Assembly (NCBI RefSeq): GCF_035325765.1
Contig: NZ_DAOKZG010000003.1
Location: 69,998 to 133,997, forward strand
Source: Ottowia sp.
GTDB lineage: Bacteria; Pseudomonadota; Gammaproteobacteria; Burkholderiales; Burkholderiaceae_C
Direction of reading: 5' to 3'
DNA: 64,000 bases
This document shows, piece by piece, positions 10,253 to 19,621 of this stretch. The first letter of the stretch is position 1; every line of letters starts with the position of its first letter. A program made the position numbers and the translations under genes. Under the pieces are notes generated by a model. It ran no database searches. It was given only the letters and a program-made list of their open reading frames with translations, and was not told the origin of the DNA.

Positions 10253-10897
10253 TCAACCCGCACGCACGATCTGGCCGCAGGCGATGGGCAGCGTGGTGGT
10301 GGCCGGGATCGGCCCGAGTGACTGCACACTGTGGGGCAGCGGCGTGCTCGCCGGCACGCCGTGGATCAGCACCACGCGCCGGTCCAGGTCCAGCGCCTGG
10401 CCGGGGAAGGCCTTGGCGAAGGCGGCGTCCAGGGCCTTCAGCGATACCACCTGGTGGTAGTGGTAGCGGCCGTCGGGCCCGGCGCTCGGGTACTGGCCGT
10501 GCGCCACCTCCATGCTGGCCGGATCCTGCGTGAACGGCACCATGGTGGTGCCCGAGGCCGGGCCGGTTTCGATCAGGTCGACGATGCCGTCGTGATTGGC
10601 ATCGGCCGCCATCGTCGCGCAGCGCGCGCCGCCGGGGCCCGTGAGGCCGTGGAAGTGCTGCCAGTGCACGGTATTCGGCGGCGTGCCCTGGGCGTCGATG
10701 TCGATCGTCAGGCGGTCGCCGCTCACCGTGAAGCGCGCGGTGCCGGTGGCGGCAGTGCGTGTGACCGCCGTGTTCATCGGCTGCAGTTGCGCGATGTAGC
10801 TTTGCGTGGTGGGGGCGGAGTCGCTGCTGCTGACGCAGCCAGCCAGGCCGCCGGTGGCCAGCAACGCGGCAGCGAGCGCCGCAAGGGTTGGTTTCAT
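10253..10897 (-). CDS. Predicted lipoprotein with CHRD / Cu-Zn-SOD-like fold
   Basis: Signal peptide with LAGC lipobox; HWQHFHG, RVVLIHGV and PIACG motifs recall SOD-like beta-sandwich proteins; start ATG 10897. Confidence 0.65.
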   Translation of the reverse strand: MKPTLAALAAALLATGGLAGCVSSSDSAPTTQSYIAQLQPMNTAVTRTAATGTARFTVSGDRLTIDIDAQGTPPNTVHWQHFHGLTGPGGARCATMAADANHDGIVDLIETGPASGTTMVPFTQDPASMEVAHGQYPSAGPDGRYHYHQVVSLKALDAAFAKAFPGQALDLDRRVVLIHGVPASTPLPHSVQSLGPIPATTTLPIACGQIVRAG

Positions 10898-11039
10898 GTC
10901 GATGCTCCTCGGGCCGGGTCGCCCATGGGTCCTGATGCGCGTGGCACCACGGCGCAGTGATAGCACCGCGCGTGCCGCTCCGGCAGGCGTGTGGCAATGC
11001 AACTGCCGGGAGTGGGGTGTTCCGCCAGGCTGTCGGCGC

Positions 11040-11975
11040 TCAGCGCCGGGCGCCGTCGGGAAACTGCACGCGCTCGGGCGCTTCGTTGAGTGCCGGCAGG
11101 GCGTGCTGCAGGATGCGGTTGCGCCGGCCGGTGGTGTCTTCGGGCACGACCGGGTAGGTGACGACCGCCTCCAGCCAGGCGTAGGCGTTGACGCGGAAAT
11201 AGACGCTCGCAGCGCTGTCGTCCAGGCCGGAGTCGCCATGGCGCGCGCGAAAGTCGGCGTCGGCCGCCTCGGCGAGGCACGACTCGACGAAGCGCAGGTC
11301 GCTGGTGTAGGCGATCTGGATCGCGGTTTCGTTCCAGATGAAGGGCTTGCATGGCCCCGAATAGTTGATGACCTCGGAGCGCAGGATGGTGCTGTTGGGA
11401 AAGTGGATGATGCGCCCGCTGGCGCGGTCGTTGCCGAGGTAGTCGCCGCTGCATTCGCGGATCATGGTGTCCAGGTAGCCGATCTCCAGCACGTCACCGC
11501 GCAGCTTGCCCAGCTGGATGCGATCGCCCACCTGGTAGGGGCGGCGGAACACGATATAGATCCAGGCGATGAAGGAGGTGATCGGTGCCTGCAGGGCAAA
11601 GCCCAGCACCAGCGAGATCAGGCCGAAGCTGACGGCCGCCGCGTACAGGTTCTGGAACAGGAAGGACACCGCGACGATGGCCACCAGGGTGTAGGTGACC
11701 AGGTGCGTCAGGCGCACCAGGTTGTAGCGCACGCCCAGGGCGTTGCTCGAGCGGTCGATCAGGCGCTCGATCAGCTTGCCGACCAGGATGAGGACCGTGA
11801 TCGCGAACAGCGACAGGCTGAGCTTTTCCAGCAGCGGCAGGTACTGGTGCCAGCGCGCCGGGTGGCCCGCATCGATGCCGGCGGCGACGCCGAAGCGCAG
11901 CACGTAGTGGGCGACCAGGAAGGCGGCTGCCAGCAGCGCGGTGCTGCGCAGGCGGTAGTTGCGGCTTTCGCTCAT
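11040..11975 (-). CDS. MscS-family mechanosensitive channel
   Basis: TM helices then GFALQAPITSFIAW...RPYQVGDRI, FPNS motif. Confidence 0.88.
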   Translation of the reverse strand: MSESRNYRLRSTALLAAAFLVAHYVLRFGVAAGIDAGHPARWHQYLPLLEKLSLSLFAITVLILVGKLIERLIDRSSNALGVRYNLVRLTHLVTYTLVAIVAVSFLFQNLYAAAVSFGLISLVLGFALQAPITSFIAWIYIVFRRPYQVGDRIQLGKLRGDVLEIGYLDTMIRECSGDYLGNDRASGRIIHFPNSTILRSEVINYSGPCKPFIWNETAIQIAYTSDLRFVESCLAEAADADFRARHGDSGLDDSAASVYFRVNAYAWLEAVVTYPVVPEDTTGRRNRILQHALPALNEAPERVQFPDGARR

Positions 11976-12003
11976 GTCGGGGCGCGGGTGCTGGCCTGCG
12001 AGT

Positions 12004-12750
12004 TCACGCCTGGGTGCCTGTCTCGAAGATCTCCAGCAGGCGGTCGAGCCCGCCCAGGTCGATCGCCACCTTGGCGTGGGCGCGCAGGCGCGGCTTGGCG
12101 CGGTAGGCCACCGACAGGCCCACGGCGCTCATCATCTCGAGGTCGTTGGCGCCGTCGCCCATGGCGATCGCCTGGCTCGGCTCGCAACCGATCAGGCTGC
12201 AGGTCGTCAGCACGGTCTCGCGTTTCATGGCGCCATCGCAGATGTCGCCCCAGCTCTGCGGCAGGATCCGCCCGGTGAGACGCCCTTCCACGATCTCGAG
12301 CCGGTTGCTGCGCGCGAAGTCCAGTGCCAGGCGGTCGCGCAGGCGGTCGGCAAAGAAGGTGAAGCCGCCCGAGACCAGCAGCACCTTCAGGCCCGCGGCC
12401 TTGCACGCCAGCACCAGCTCGGCCGCGCCCGGGTTCAGGCGCAGGCGCGCGCGGTAGACCTGCATCAGATGCTCTTCCGTCACTCCCGCGAGCAGGGCCA
12501 CGCGCCGACGCAGGCTTTCCTTGTAGTCGCTGATCTCGCCCAGCATCGCCGCCTCGGTGATGGCCGCCACCTCGGCCTTGCGCCCGGCGGCGTCGGCGAT
12601 CTCGTCCACGCACTCGATGTTGATCAGCGTGGAGTCCATGTCGAAGGCGATCAGCTTGAAGTCGCCCAGCTTCAGCGGCGGCCGCAGGCCGCGCACCACG
12701 AGGCCGGGACTGATCTCGCGGGGCTTGTCGGTGCGTGGGGCAGGCGTCAT
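12004..12750 (-). CDS. serB: Phosphoserine phosphatase
   Basis: HAD motifs FDMDST, VSGGF, K, GDGANDL. Confidence 0.93.
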   Translation of the reverse strand: MTPAPRTDKPREISPGLVVRGLRPPLKLGDFKLIAFDMDSTLINIECVDEIADAAGRKAEVAAITEAAMLGEISDYKESLRRRVALLAGVTEEHLMQVYRARLRLNPGAAELVLACKAAGLKVLLVSGGFTFFADRLRDRLALDFARSNRLEIVEGRLTGRILPQSWGDICDGAMKRETVLTTCSLIGCEPSQAIAMGDGANDLEMMSAVGLSVAYRAKPRLRAHAKVAIDLGGLDRLLEIFETGTQA

Positions 12751-12801
12751 GGAAGGCGGGTGCGAAAGGCGTTGGAAGGTGGACGTGCAGCGCGAGACCG
12801 G

Positions 12802-13464
12802 TCAGGATGGCGGCAGCGCGATGCCGCGCGCGAACGGGAACACCTGCTCGATCGCGCGGGTCTCGGGCAGCACGTAGACGATGCCGGAGCGGCGCCGGAA
12901 CAGCGGCGCGATGGTGCGCTCATAGAAGGCCGGTGGCAGGTTGATGCAGCCAAACGAGATGCGGTTGTCGGCGGCGCTGGGCGTGCTCAGGCGCGCGGGG
13001 CGTTCTTCGCCCGGGACGTCGCGCACGCGGTGCATCGACAGGGCGGCATCGTAGTCGAGCCAGACGATGTCCTCGCCCCGCGTGTTGCGGCCGGGCTCGG
13101 TCGGGTAGCGGCCGGCGCTGGTGATCTTCTCGTGCGGCAGCACGTGCGCAAGCGGCCGGCTGCCGATGTCGGCCGGCGCGGTGTCGCCCCGCGCCGCGCC
13201 GAGCAGCACCGGCGCTTCGCCCAGCAGCCGTCCCTGGCGGTCGAACACCCACAGGTGCGCCGCCGGCTTGTCGAGCACGGCAAAGGCGCGCCCCTGCGCA
13301 TCGCCGCTGTGGTGGACCGCCGCCGCGAAGCGCGCGATGGGCGGCGGTGGCTCGGCCAGCGGCTGCGCGGCAGATGCCCCCAGCGTCAGTGCGAGACCGA
13401 CCGCCACGGCGGCCAGAGGGCGCGCCAGCGGGCAGGCGAGGATGGGGGCGGATCGCGGCATCAC
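12802..13464 (-). CDS. Exported L,D-transpeptidase-like (YkuD) protein
   Basis: Signal peptide; TSAGRY, SMHRV...NRISFGCIN catalytic His/Cys pattern. Confidence 0.75.
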   Translation of the reverse strand: MMPRSAPILACPLARPLAAVAVGLALTLGASAAQPLAEPPPPIARFAAAVHHSGDAQGRAFAVLDKPAAHLWVFDRQGRLLGEAPVLLGAARGDTAPADIGSRPLAHVLPHEKITSAGRYPTEPGRNTRGEDIVWLDYDAALSMHRVRDVPGEERPARLSTPSAADNRISFGCINLPPAFYERTIAPLFRRRSGIVYVLPETRAIEQVFPFARGIALPPS

Positions 13465-13636
13465 GACGAACGGGTTGCGCCGATCCTATCCGCTTCGCGC
13501 TGGCAGGTCCTTGCCGCGCGGCGTGGCTTGCCTCGGATGGCCAGCCTGTGGAATCATGGGCCTGTCCTGCGAACGCAGAAGCCCGTGGTGGGCGGGTCCG
13601 CCCCGGGTCTTGAAGAGCCGGGACGAGGAGACCATC

Positions 13637-14245
13637 ATGCGCATCGACGAGATGATTGCTGCCGTGCAAGGCGTGCTCGGCGTGACCGTGGACGGCAAGG
13701 CGGGGCCGGAGACCTGGGGCGCGATCTACGCGCGCCTGGTGCGCAAGCACATCGACGGCGTCGATCCGGCCGAGGCGATTGCGGAGGTCGACAGCCGCAG
13801 CGAGAAGAGCATCGCCACCCTGCAGCCCGAGGTGCGGCCGATGGCGCGTGCGCTGGTGCAGCGCGCCCGGGCCTCGGGCATCACGATCAAGGTCATCAGC
13901 GGCCTGCGCAGCTATGCCGAGCAGGATGCGCTGTATGCGCAAGGGCGCAGCGCGCCCGGCCCGGTGGTGACGAATGCACGCGCCGGCTATTCGAACCACA
14001 ATTTCGGCATCGCCTTCGACATCGGCGTGTTCGAGGGCAGCCGCTACCTGTCCGACTCACCCAAATACAAGGCGGTGGGCGTGCTCGGGGTCGACCTGGG
14101 GCTCGAGTGGGGCGGCAACTGGCGCACCATCGTGGATCAGCCGCACTACCAGCTGCGCCCGACCTGGGCGCTGGACCTGCCCGAGCGCCAGATGCTGGCC
14201 GAGCTGCGCGCGCGCCGCCAGCGTGGGCAGGGCGTCTACGCCTGA
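13637..14245 (+). CDS. M15-family (L-Ala-D-Glu type) peptidoglycan peptidase, endolysin-like
   Basis: SGLRSYAEQDALYAQGR, SNHNFGIAFD, LEWGGNW, DQPHYQ; N-terminal VDGKAGPETW recalls a PG-binding motif; RBS GAGGAG. Confidence 0.88.
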   Translation: MRIDEMIAAVQGVLGVTVDGKAGPETWGAIYARLVRKHIDGVDPAEAIAEVDSRSEKSIATLQPEVRPMARALVQRARASGITIKVISGLRSYAEQDALYAQGRSAPGPVVTNARAGYSNHNFGIAFDIGVFEGSRYLSDSPKYKAVGVLGVDLGLEWGGNWRTIVDQPHYQLRPTWALDLPERQMLAELRARRQRGQGVYA

Positions 14246-14428
14246 TGCCGCTTCGCGGATGACAAATGACGCCGGCAGGCGCCGGCATGACGAATGACGG
14301 CCTTGTCATGGATGCGCAGCGAAGGCATTCGCCACCCGTCGTTTTGAAGGTGAAGGCGAATTTGGACGCGCGGCGCGCTGGATGATCGCGGGCGCGCGCT
14401 CCGGCGCTCGCGCGGAGGCCATGCAATC

Positions 14429-14665
14429 ATCCTAGAAACGGCAGTTGGGCGCGTCCGCCCGTGCCGCTTTCGGCGTGTCCGGCGAGGCGGGAGGGCGCGG
14501 CAGGCAGCGCCTGCAAGGACGATCAACGACGCATGGCGCGGCGAGAGTGGTACTGGCGGGCGTGTGGCGTGCTCACCCATGTGGTGAACGGCAGAGAAGC
14601 TGCCAACGTCCATGGCCATGCGGGTTTGGAGAAGGTTGCAAGCGGTCAACTGCCGTTTCCAGGAT
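14429..14665. mobile_element. ~237-bp MITE-like element, family B, copy 1
   Basis: 19-bp terminal inverted repeats ATCCT(A/G)GAAACGGCAGTTG; diverged homolog in opposite orientation at 33790-34055. Confidence 0.65.
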
Positions 14666-15555
14666 CAGGCGCCGGCGTCGCTGGCCAGGCCCGGCCGCGT
14701 CGCCGGCTGGCGAAACACCAGGATCAATCCGGCCACGATGCCGGCCATCCCCGCCAGCGCCAGTGGCGGCATGGCATTGCCCAGCAGCAGGCAGTCGAGC
14801 ACCACGGTCGCCACGGGCACCAGATAGAACAGGCTGGTGACGTTCACCAGGTTGCCGCTGCGGATCAGCCGATACAGCAACAGCTGCGCGCCGACCGAAA
14901 TCACCAGCCCGAGCCACAGCAGCGGCAGGACGAAGCCCCAGTCGGCCTCGAAGTGCCAGGGTTGCAGCGGCGCCAGGCCGCCATACACCGCCAGCGTCAC
15001 CAGGTACTGCAAGGGCAGCACCCGGGATGGTGGCTGCCGCAGGCGCTTTTGCAGCAGGGCGCCGAAGGTGGCGCACAGCAAGGCGCCCAGGGTGCAGGCC
15101 AGGCCGAGCCACGACCGCCGCGCCTGCACCAGGCTCTGGTAGACCACCAGGGCGAGTCCCGCCAGCGCCAGCAGCAGGCCCAGCAGGCGCCACGGTGAGA
15201 ACCGTCGCTCGGTCAGCAGCAGCGTCAGGATCGGCTGCACGCCCAACAGCGTGGCCAGCAGTCCCGGCGTGATGCCGTGCGCCATGGCCTGGAAGTAGCC
15301 GACCGAATAGCCGGCGATCAGCAGCAGGCCGGCCGCGGCCGCGAGCCTGTGGGTGCCGGGCTGCGGCCAGACCGGCAGGCCCGACAGGCCGATCAGCAGC
15401 AGGGCGACGAGGGCCAGCGCGTAGCGCAGGATCAGCAGCGCGAAGACCGAGCCGTGGTCCAGGCCCCAGCGGGTGGCGATGGCGCCGCTGGCCCACAGCA
15501 GCACGAAGGTGGACATCGCCACGGCGGCGCTCCACGAGGAGGACTTCGAAGACAT
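14665..15555 (-). CDS. DMT/EamA-family transporter
   Basis: About 10 hydrophobic segments with internally duplicated EamA pattern. Confidence 0.9.
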   Translation of the reverse strand: MSSKSSSWSAAVAMSTFVLLWASGAIATRWGLDHGSVFALLILRYALALVALLLIGLSGLPVWPQPGTHRLAAAAGLLLIAGYSVGYFQAMAHGITPGLLATLLGVQPILTLLLTERRFSPWRLLGLLLALAGLALVVYQSLVQARRSWLGLACTLGALLCATFGALLQKRLRQPPSRVLPLQYLVTLAVYGGLAPLQPWHFEADWGFVLPLLWLGLVISVGAQLLLYRLIRSGNLVNVTSLFYLVPVATVVLDCLLLGNAMPPLALAGMAGIVAGLILVFRQPATRPGLASDAGA

Positions 15556-15922
15556 GCGATCTCATGGGTCAGAGGCGTGAACAGATCCCACCCCGCGCCT
15601 GACGCATGGCGTCGGGGTGTTTCATGAAAGCGGGGCAGGGACCGGGCGGCGGGCGGGATCAGCCCAGCGCGATCGGCCGCGCGGGGCGCTGCCAGGCCTG
15701 CGGGCGGTGCGGCAGATGAGATCGGGGGCGGGTTCGCGCCGCACCGCGCGCCCGCGGTGAAGCAGCAGACGGCGAGGTCGTGTGCGTCGGGGCGTGCAGG
15801 GGAAGCCATCGAGTGGGATCAGCGTCGCGCGGCGGTTGCGCCGCTGCTCAATGTGGCACGTGCAGGCCCGGGACAACGCGCGACGCGGGCATTGGTCCCG
15901 GCCTGCACGGCGCGGCACGGCA

Positions 15923-18900
15923 TCACGCCAGCGCCGCGGCCGTCTCCGCTGCGGTTTCGGATGCGCGCGGCTGGCCCAGGCTGCGCAGCACGTCGCGCAC
16001 CATCTGGGCGCGCGCGCGCGGTTCGGGCAGGGCCTTCTCGATGCGCAGCTTGTCGTTGCCGGCCAGCTTGACGTGACGGTTCTTCTGGATCAGGTGGATG
16101 ATGGCCAGCGGGTCGATCGGCGGATTGGGCTGGAAGCTGACGTGGATCACGCCCGGCGCTGCGTCGACCTTGAGCACGCCGTAGCGCTGCGCCAGCACGC
16201 GCAGGCGGTGCACGTCGATCAGGGTCTGGGCCGGCTTCGGCAGCTTGCCGAAACGGTCCACGATCTCCTCCACCAGGCGATCGAGCTGCTCGTCCGTGCG
16301 CGCCGTCGCCAGCCGCTTGTAGAACGACAGGCGCAGCTGCACGTCGCCGCAATAGTCGGTCGGCAGCAGGGCGGGGGCGTGCAGGTTGATGTCGGTCGCT
16401 GCCTGCATGGGCGCCAGCAGGTCGGGCTCGCGGCCGGCCTTCAGGCTGCGCACGGCTTCGGCCAGCATGTCGTTGTAGAGCTGGAAGCCGATCTCCATGA
16501 TGTTGCCGCTCTGGTGCTCGCCCAGCACCTCGCCGGCGCCGCGGATTTCCAGATCGTGCATGGCGAGGTAGAAGCCCGAGCCCAGCTCCTCCATCTGCTG
16601 AATGGCGTCGAGGCGCTGCTCGGCAGGCCTGGACAGGCTCTGCAGGTCGGGCACCAGCAGGTAGGCGTAGGCTTGGTGGTGGCTGCGGCCCACGCGCCCG
16701 CGCAGCTGGTGCAGCTGCGCCAGGCCGAACTTGTCGGCGCGCGTGATGACGATGGTGTTGGCGGTGGGCACGTCGATGCCGGTCTCGATGATGGTCGAGC
16801 ACAGCAGCAGGTTGTGCCGCTGCGCCACGAAGTCGCGCATCACGCGCTCGAGCTCGCGCTCGGGCATCTGGCCATGCGCCACGGCGATGCGCGCCTCGGG
16901 CAGGATCTTCTGCAGCGCTTCGCGGCGGTTCTGGATGGTCTCGACCTCGTTGTGCAGGAAGTAGACCTGGCCGCCGCGCTTCAACTCGCGCAGCACCGCC
17001 TCGCGAATGATGCCGTTGCTCTCGCTGCGCACGAAGGTCTTGATCGCCAGGCGTCGCTCGGGCGCGGTGGCGATCACCGACAGATCGCGCAGGCCTTCCA
17101 GCGCCATGCCCATGGTGCGCGGGATCGGCGTCGCCGTCAGCGTCAGCACGTCGACCTCGGCGCGCAGCTGCTTGATCGCCTCCTTCTGGCGCACGCCGAA
17201 GCGGTGCTCCTCGTCGATGATCAACAGGCCCAGGTTCTTGAACTGCGTCTTCTGGCTGAGCAGCTTGTGCGTGCCGACCACGATGTCGACGCTGCCATCC
17301 GCCAGGCCCTTGAGCGCCGCCGTGGTTTCCTTGCCCGAGGCGAAGCGGCTCATCTGCGCGATCTTCACCGGCCAGCGCGCAAAGCGGTCGGCCAGGGTCT
17401 GGTAATGCTGCTCGGCCAGCAGGGTGGTGGGCGCGAGCAGCGCCACCTGCTTGCCGCCGGTGACGGCGATGAAGGCGGCGCGCAGCGCCACCTCGGTCTT
17501 GCCGAAGCCGACGTCGCCGCACACCAGCCGGTCCATCGGCCGCGGGCTGATCAGATCCTGGATCACGGCGTGGATGGCGGCGTTCTGGTCCGGTGTCTCG
17601 TCGAAGCCGAAGTCGGCCGCGAATTGCTCGTAGTCGGGCGCGCTGAAGCGGAAGGCGTGGCCCGCGCGCGCGGCGCGCCGCGCGTAGATGTTGAGCAGCT
17701 CGGCGGCAGTGTCGCGCACCTGCTCGGCCGCCTTGCGCCGCGCCTTTTCCCACTGGTTGCCGCCGAGCCGGTGCAGCGGCGCCTCCTCGGCCGCGACGCC
17801 GGTGTAGCGGCTGATCAGGTGCAGCTGCGACACCGGAACGTAGAGCACCGCCTCCTTGGCGTATTCCAGGTGCAGGAATTCCTGCGGCGCCGGGCTGCCG
17901 TCAGGGTTGGTGGCGCCCACGTCGAGGTTGACCAGGCCGCGGTAGCGTCCGATGCCGTGCTGGGCGTGCACCACCGGGTCGCCCACCTTCAGCTCCGACA
18001 GGTCCTTGATCAGCGCCTCCAGGTCGCTGGCCTGCTCCTGGCGCCGGCGCCGGCGCGCGCCGGCGCTGCTGGCGAACAGCTCGGCCTCGGTGACGAAGTC
18101 GATGTCACCCTCGAGCCAGGCGAAGCCGGTGGCCAGGGCCGCGTGCGTGATGCCCAGGCGTGCGCCGCCGGCGCTCTCGAATTCGGCCAGCGAATCAAAG
18201 GACGGTGGATCGATGTGCGAGGCGCGCAGGAAGTCGAGCAGGCTCTCGCGCCGGCCCGCGCTCTCGGCGACGATCAGCACGCGCCGCGGCGTGGCGCGCA
18301 GGTGCGCGGCCAGGCGCCCGAGCGGATCCTCGGCGTTGCGCGCCACGCTCAGGTCGGGCAGGGCGGCAAATGGCGTGGATGCGGCGGGCGCCGGTGCGCC
18401 GTCCGGCTCGGCCGCGCGTACGCGTAGCGCGAGTTGGCGGTAGCCGCTGGCGTCGCGATAGAACGCCTCGGCCGACAGGAACAGGGCCTCGGGCGGCAGC
18501 ACCGGACGCTCGGGATCGCCCTGCGCCAGGCGCCAGCGCTCGCGCGTGTCCTGGGCGAACTGCTGGAAACTCGCTTCCAGATCGCCGTGCAACACGAGCG
18601 TGGCGTCTTCGCCGAGATAGTCGAACACCGTGGCCGTGTGCTCGAAGAACAGTGGCAGGTAGTACTCGATGCCGGCACTGGCCACGCCGTCGGCCATGTC
18701 CTTGTAGATGCGGCTGCGGGTCGGATCACCCTCCAGCAGTTCGCGCCAGCGGTGGCGAAAGCGCGCGCGCGCTTCCTCGTCCAGCGGGAACTCGCGCCCG
18801 GGCAGCAGGCGCACCTCGGGCACCGGATACAGGCTGCGCTGGGTGTCGGGGTCGAAGGCGCGGATCGAGTCGATCTCGTCGTCGAACAGGTCGACCCGCA

Positions 18901-19435
18901 GCGGCTGGGGCGAGCCCATCGGGAACAGGTCGATCAGGCCGCCGCGCACCGCGTATTCGCCCGGGCTCACCACCTGCGACACGTGGCTGTAGCCGGCCAG
19001 CGTGAGCTGGCTCTTCAGCGCCGCCTCGTCCAGCCGCTGCCCCTGCTTGAAGTGGAAGGTGTGGCCCGCGAGGAAGGCCGGCGGCGCCAGACGGTACAGC
19101 GCCGTGGTGGCGGGCAGCAACACCACGTCGGCCTGGCGCTGGCGGATCGCCCAGAGCGTGGCCAGGCGCTCGCTGATCAGGTCGTGGTGCGGCGAGAAGC
19201 TGTCGTAGGGCAGCGTTTCCCAGTCCGGGAACAGCGTCACGCGCAGGGTCGGCTCGAACAGCGCCAGCTCCCCCTGCAGGCGGCGCGCATCGGCGGCGTC
19301 GGCTGTGACGATGGCGCAGAGGCGGCCCGCGGCCTGCTCGCGCGCGGCCAGCCGCGCCAGCAGCAGCGCGTCGGCGGAGCCGGGCGGGCGGGGCAGGGCG
19401 TGGCGTTTGCCGGGGGTGAGCGAAGGCAGGTCCAT
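15923..19435 (-). CDS. mfd: Transcription-repair coupling factor Mfd
   Basis: 1170 aa; FPDWETLPYD, CarD-like GDPVVHAQHGIGRY, GDVGFGKT, DEEH, QLRGRVGR, TRG motif. Confidence 0.98.
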   Translation of the reverse strand: MDLPSLTPGKRHALPRPPGSADALLLARLAAREQAAGRLCAIVTADAADARRLQGELALFEPTLRVTLFPDWETLPYDSFSPHHDLISERLATLWAIRQRQADVVLLPATTALYRLAPPAFLAGHTFHFKQGQRLDEAALKSQLTLAGYSHVSQVVSPGEYAVRGGLIDLFPMGSPQPLRVDLFDDEIDSIRAFDPDTQRSLYPVPEVRLLPGREFPLDEEARARFRHRWRELLEGDPTRSRIYKDMADGVASAGIEYYLPLFFEHTATVFDYLGEDATLVLHGDLEASFQQFAQDTRERWRLAQGDPERPVLPPEALFLSAEAFYRDASGYRQLALRVRAAEPDGAPAPAASTPFAALPDLSVARNAEDPLGRLAAHLRATPRRVLIVAESAGRRESLLDFLRASHIDPPSFDSLAEFESAGGARLGITHAALATGFAWLEGDIDFVTEAELFASSAGARRRRRQEQASDLEALIKDLSELKVGDPVVHAQHGIGRYRGLVNLDVGATNPDGSPAPQEFLHLEYAKEAVLYVPVSQLHLISRYTGVAAEEAPLHRLGGNQWEKARRKAAEQVRDTAAELLNIYARRAARAGHAFRFSAPDYEQFAADFGFDETPDQNAAIHAVIQDLISPRPMDRLVCGDVGFGKTEVALRAAFIAVTGGKQVALLAPTTLLAEQHYQTLADRFARWPVKIAQMSRFASGKETTAALKGLADGSVDIVVGTHKLLSQKTQFKNLGLLIIDEEHRFGVRQKEAIKQLRAEVDVLTLTATPIPRTMGMALEGLRDLSVIATAPERRLAIKTFVRSESNGIIREAVLRELKRGGQVYFLHNEVETIQNRREALQKILPEARIAVAHGQMPERELERVMRDFVAQRHNLLLCSTIIETGIDVPTANTIVITRADKFGLAQLHQLRGRVGRSHHQAYAYLLVPDLQSLSRPAEQRLDAIQQMEELGSGFYLAMHDLEIRGAGEVLGEHQSGNIMEIGFQLYNDMLAEAVRSLKAGREPDLLAPMQAATDINLHAPALLPTDYCGDVQLRLSFYKRLATARTDEQLDRLVEEIVDRFGKLPKPAQTLIDVHRLRVLAQRYGVLKVDAAPGVIHVSFQPNPPIDPLAIIHLIQKNRHVKLAGNDKLRIEKALPEPRARAQMVRDVLRSLGQPRASETAAETAAALA

Positions 19436-19621
19436 GGAGCGCGCGCAAATGCGGAAACGACAAAAACCCCCGGCCGGGCTGGACGGGGGGATGAAACCGC
19501 AATTTTACGTTGCGCGCAGCCACCCGTCCGACCGCCGACGCACTGGTCGGGCGCCACCTGTCCACGGTCGCGCCGCGCCCTCTATAGTCCGAGGCTGGTC
19601 GGCCACTTGCACTTCAGCTCC

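Noticed and set aside
9153-10997. 1227-aa giant FtsH fusion suggested by the ORF track
   Set aside because: The upstream 615 codons are a stop-free shadow across the GATase (antisense) and the lipoprotein (other frame); FtsH homology starts at 9152.
14246-14335. Imperfect inverted repeat after the M15 peptidase
   Set aside because: Pairing is partial (ATGCC..TTCGC..ATGACAA) and no second copy is visible in the window; could be a REP or terminator but not supportable.
15782-18427. 881-aa plus-strand ORF (and similar long antisense ORFs at 36640-39798, 49476-52046, 27113-29287)
   Set aside because: Antisense shadows of mfd, gcvP, ETF-QO and relA caused by high-GC codon bias; no recognisable motifs.
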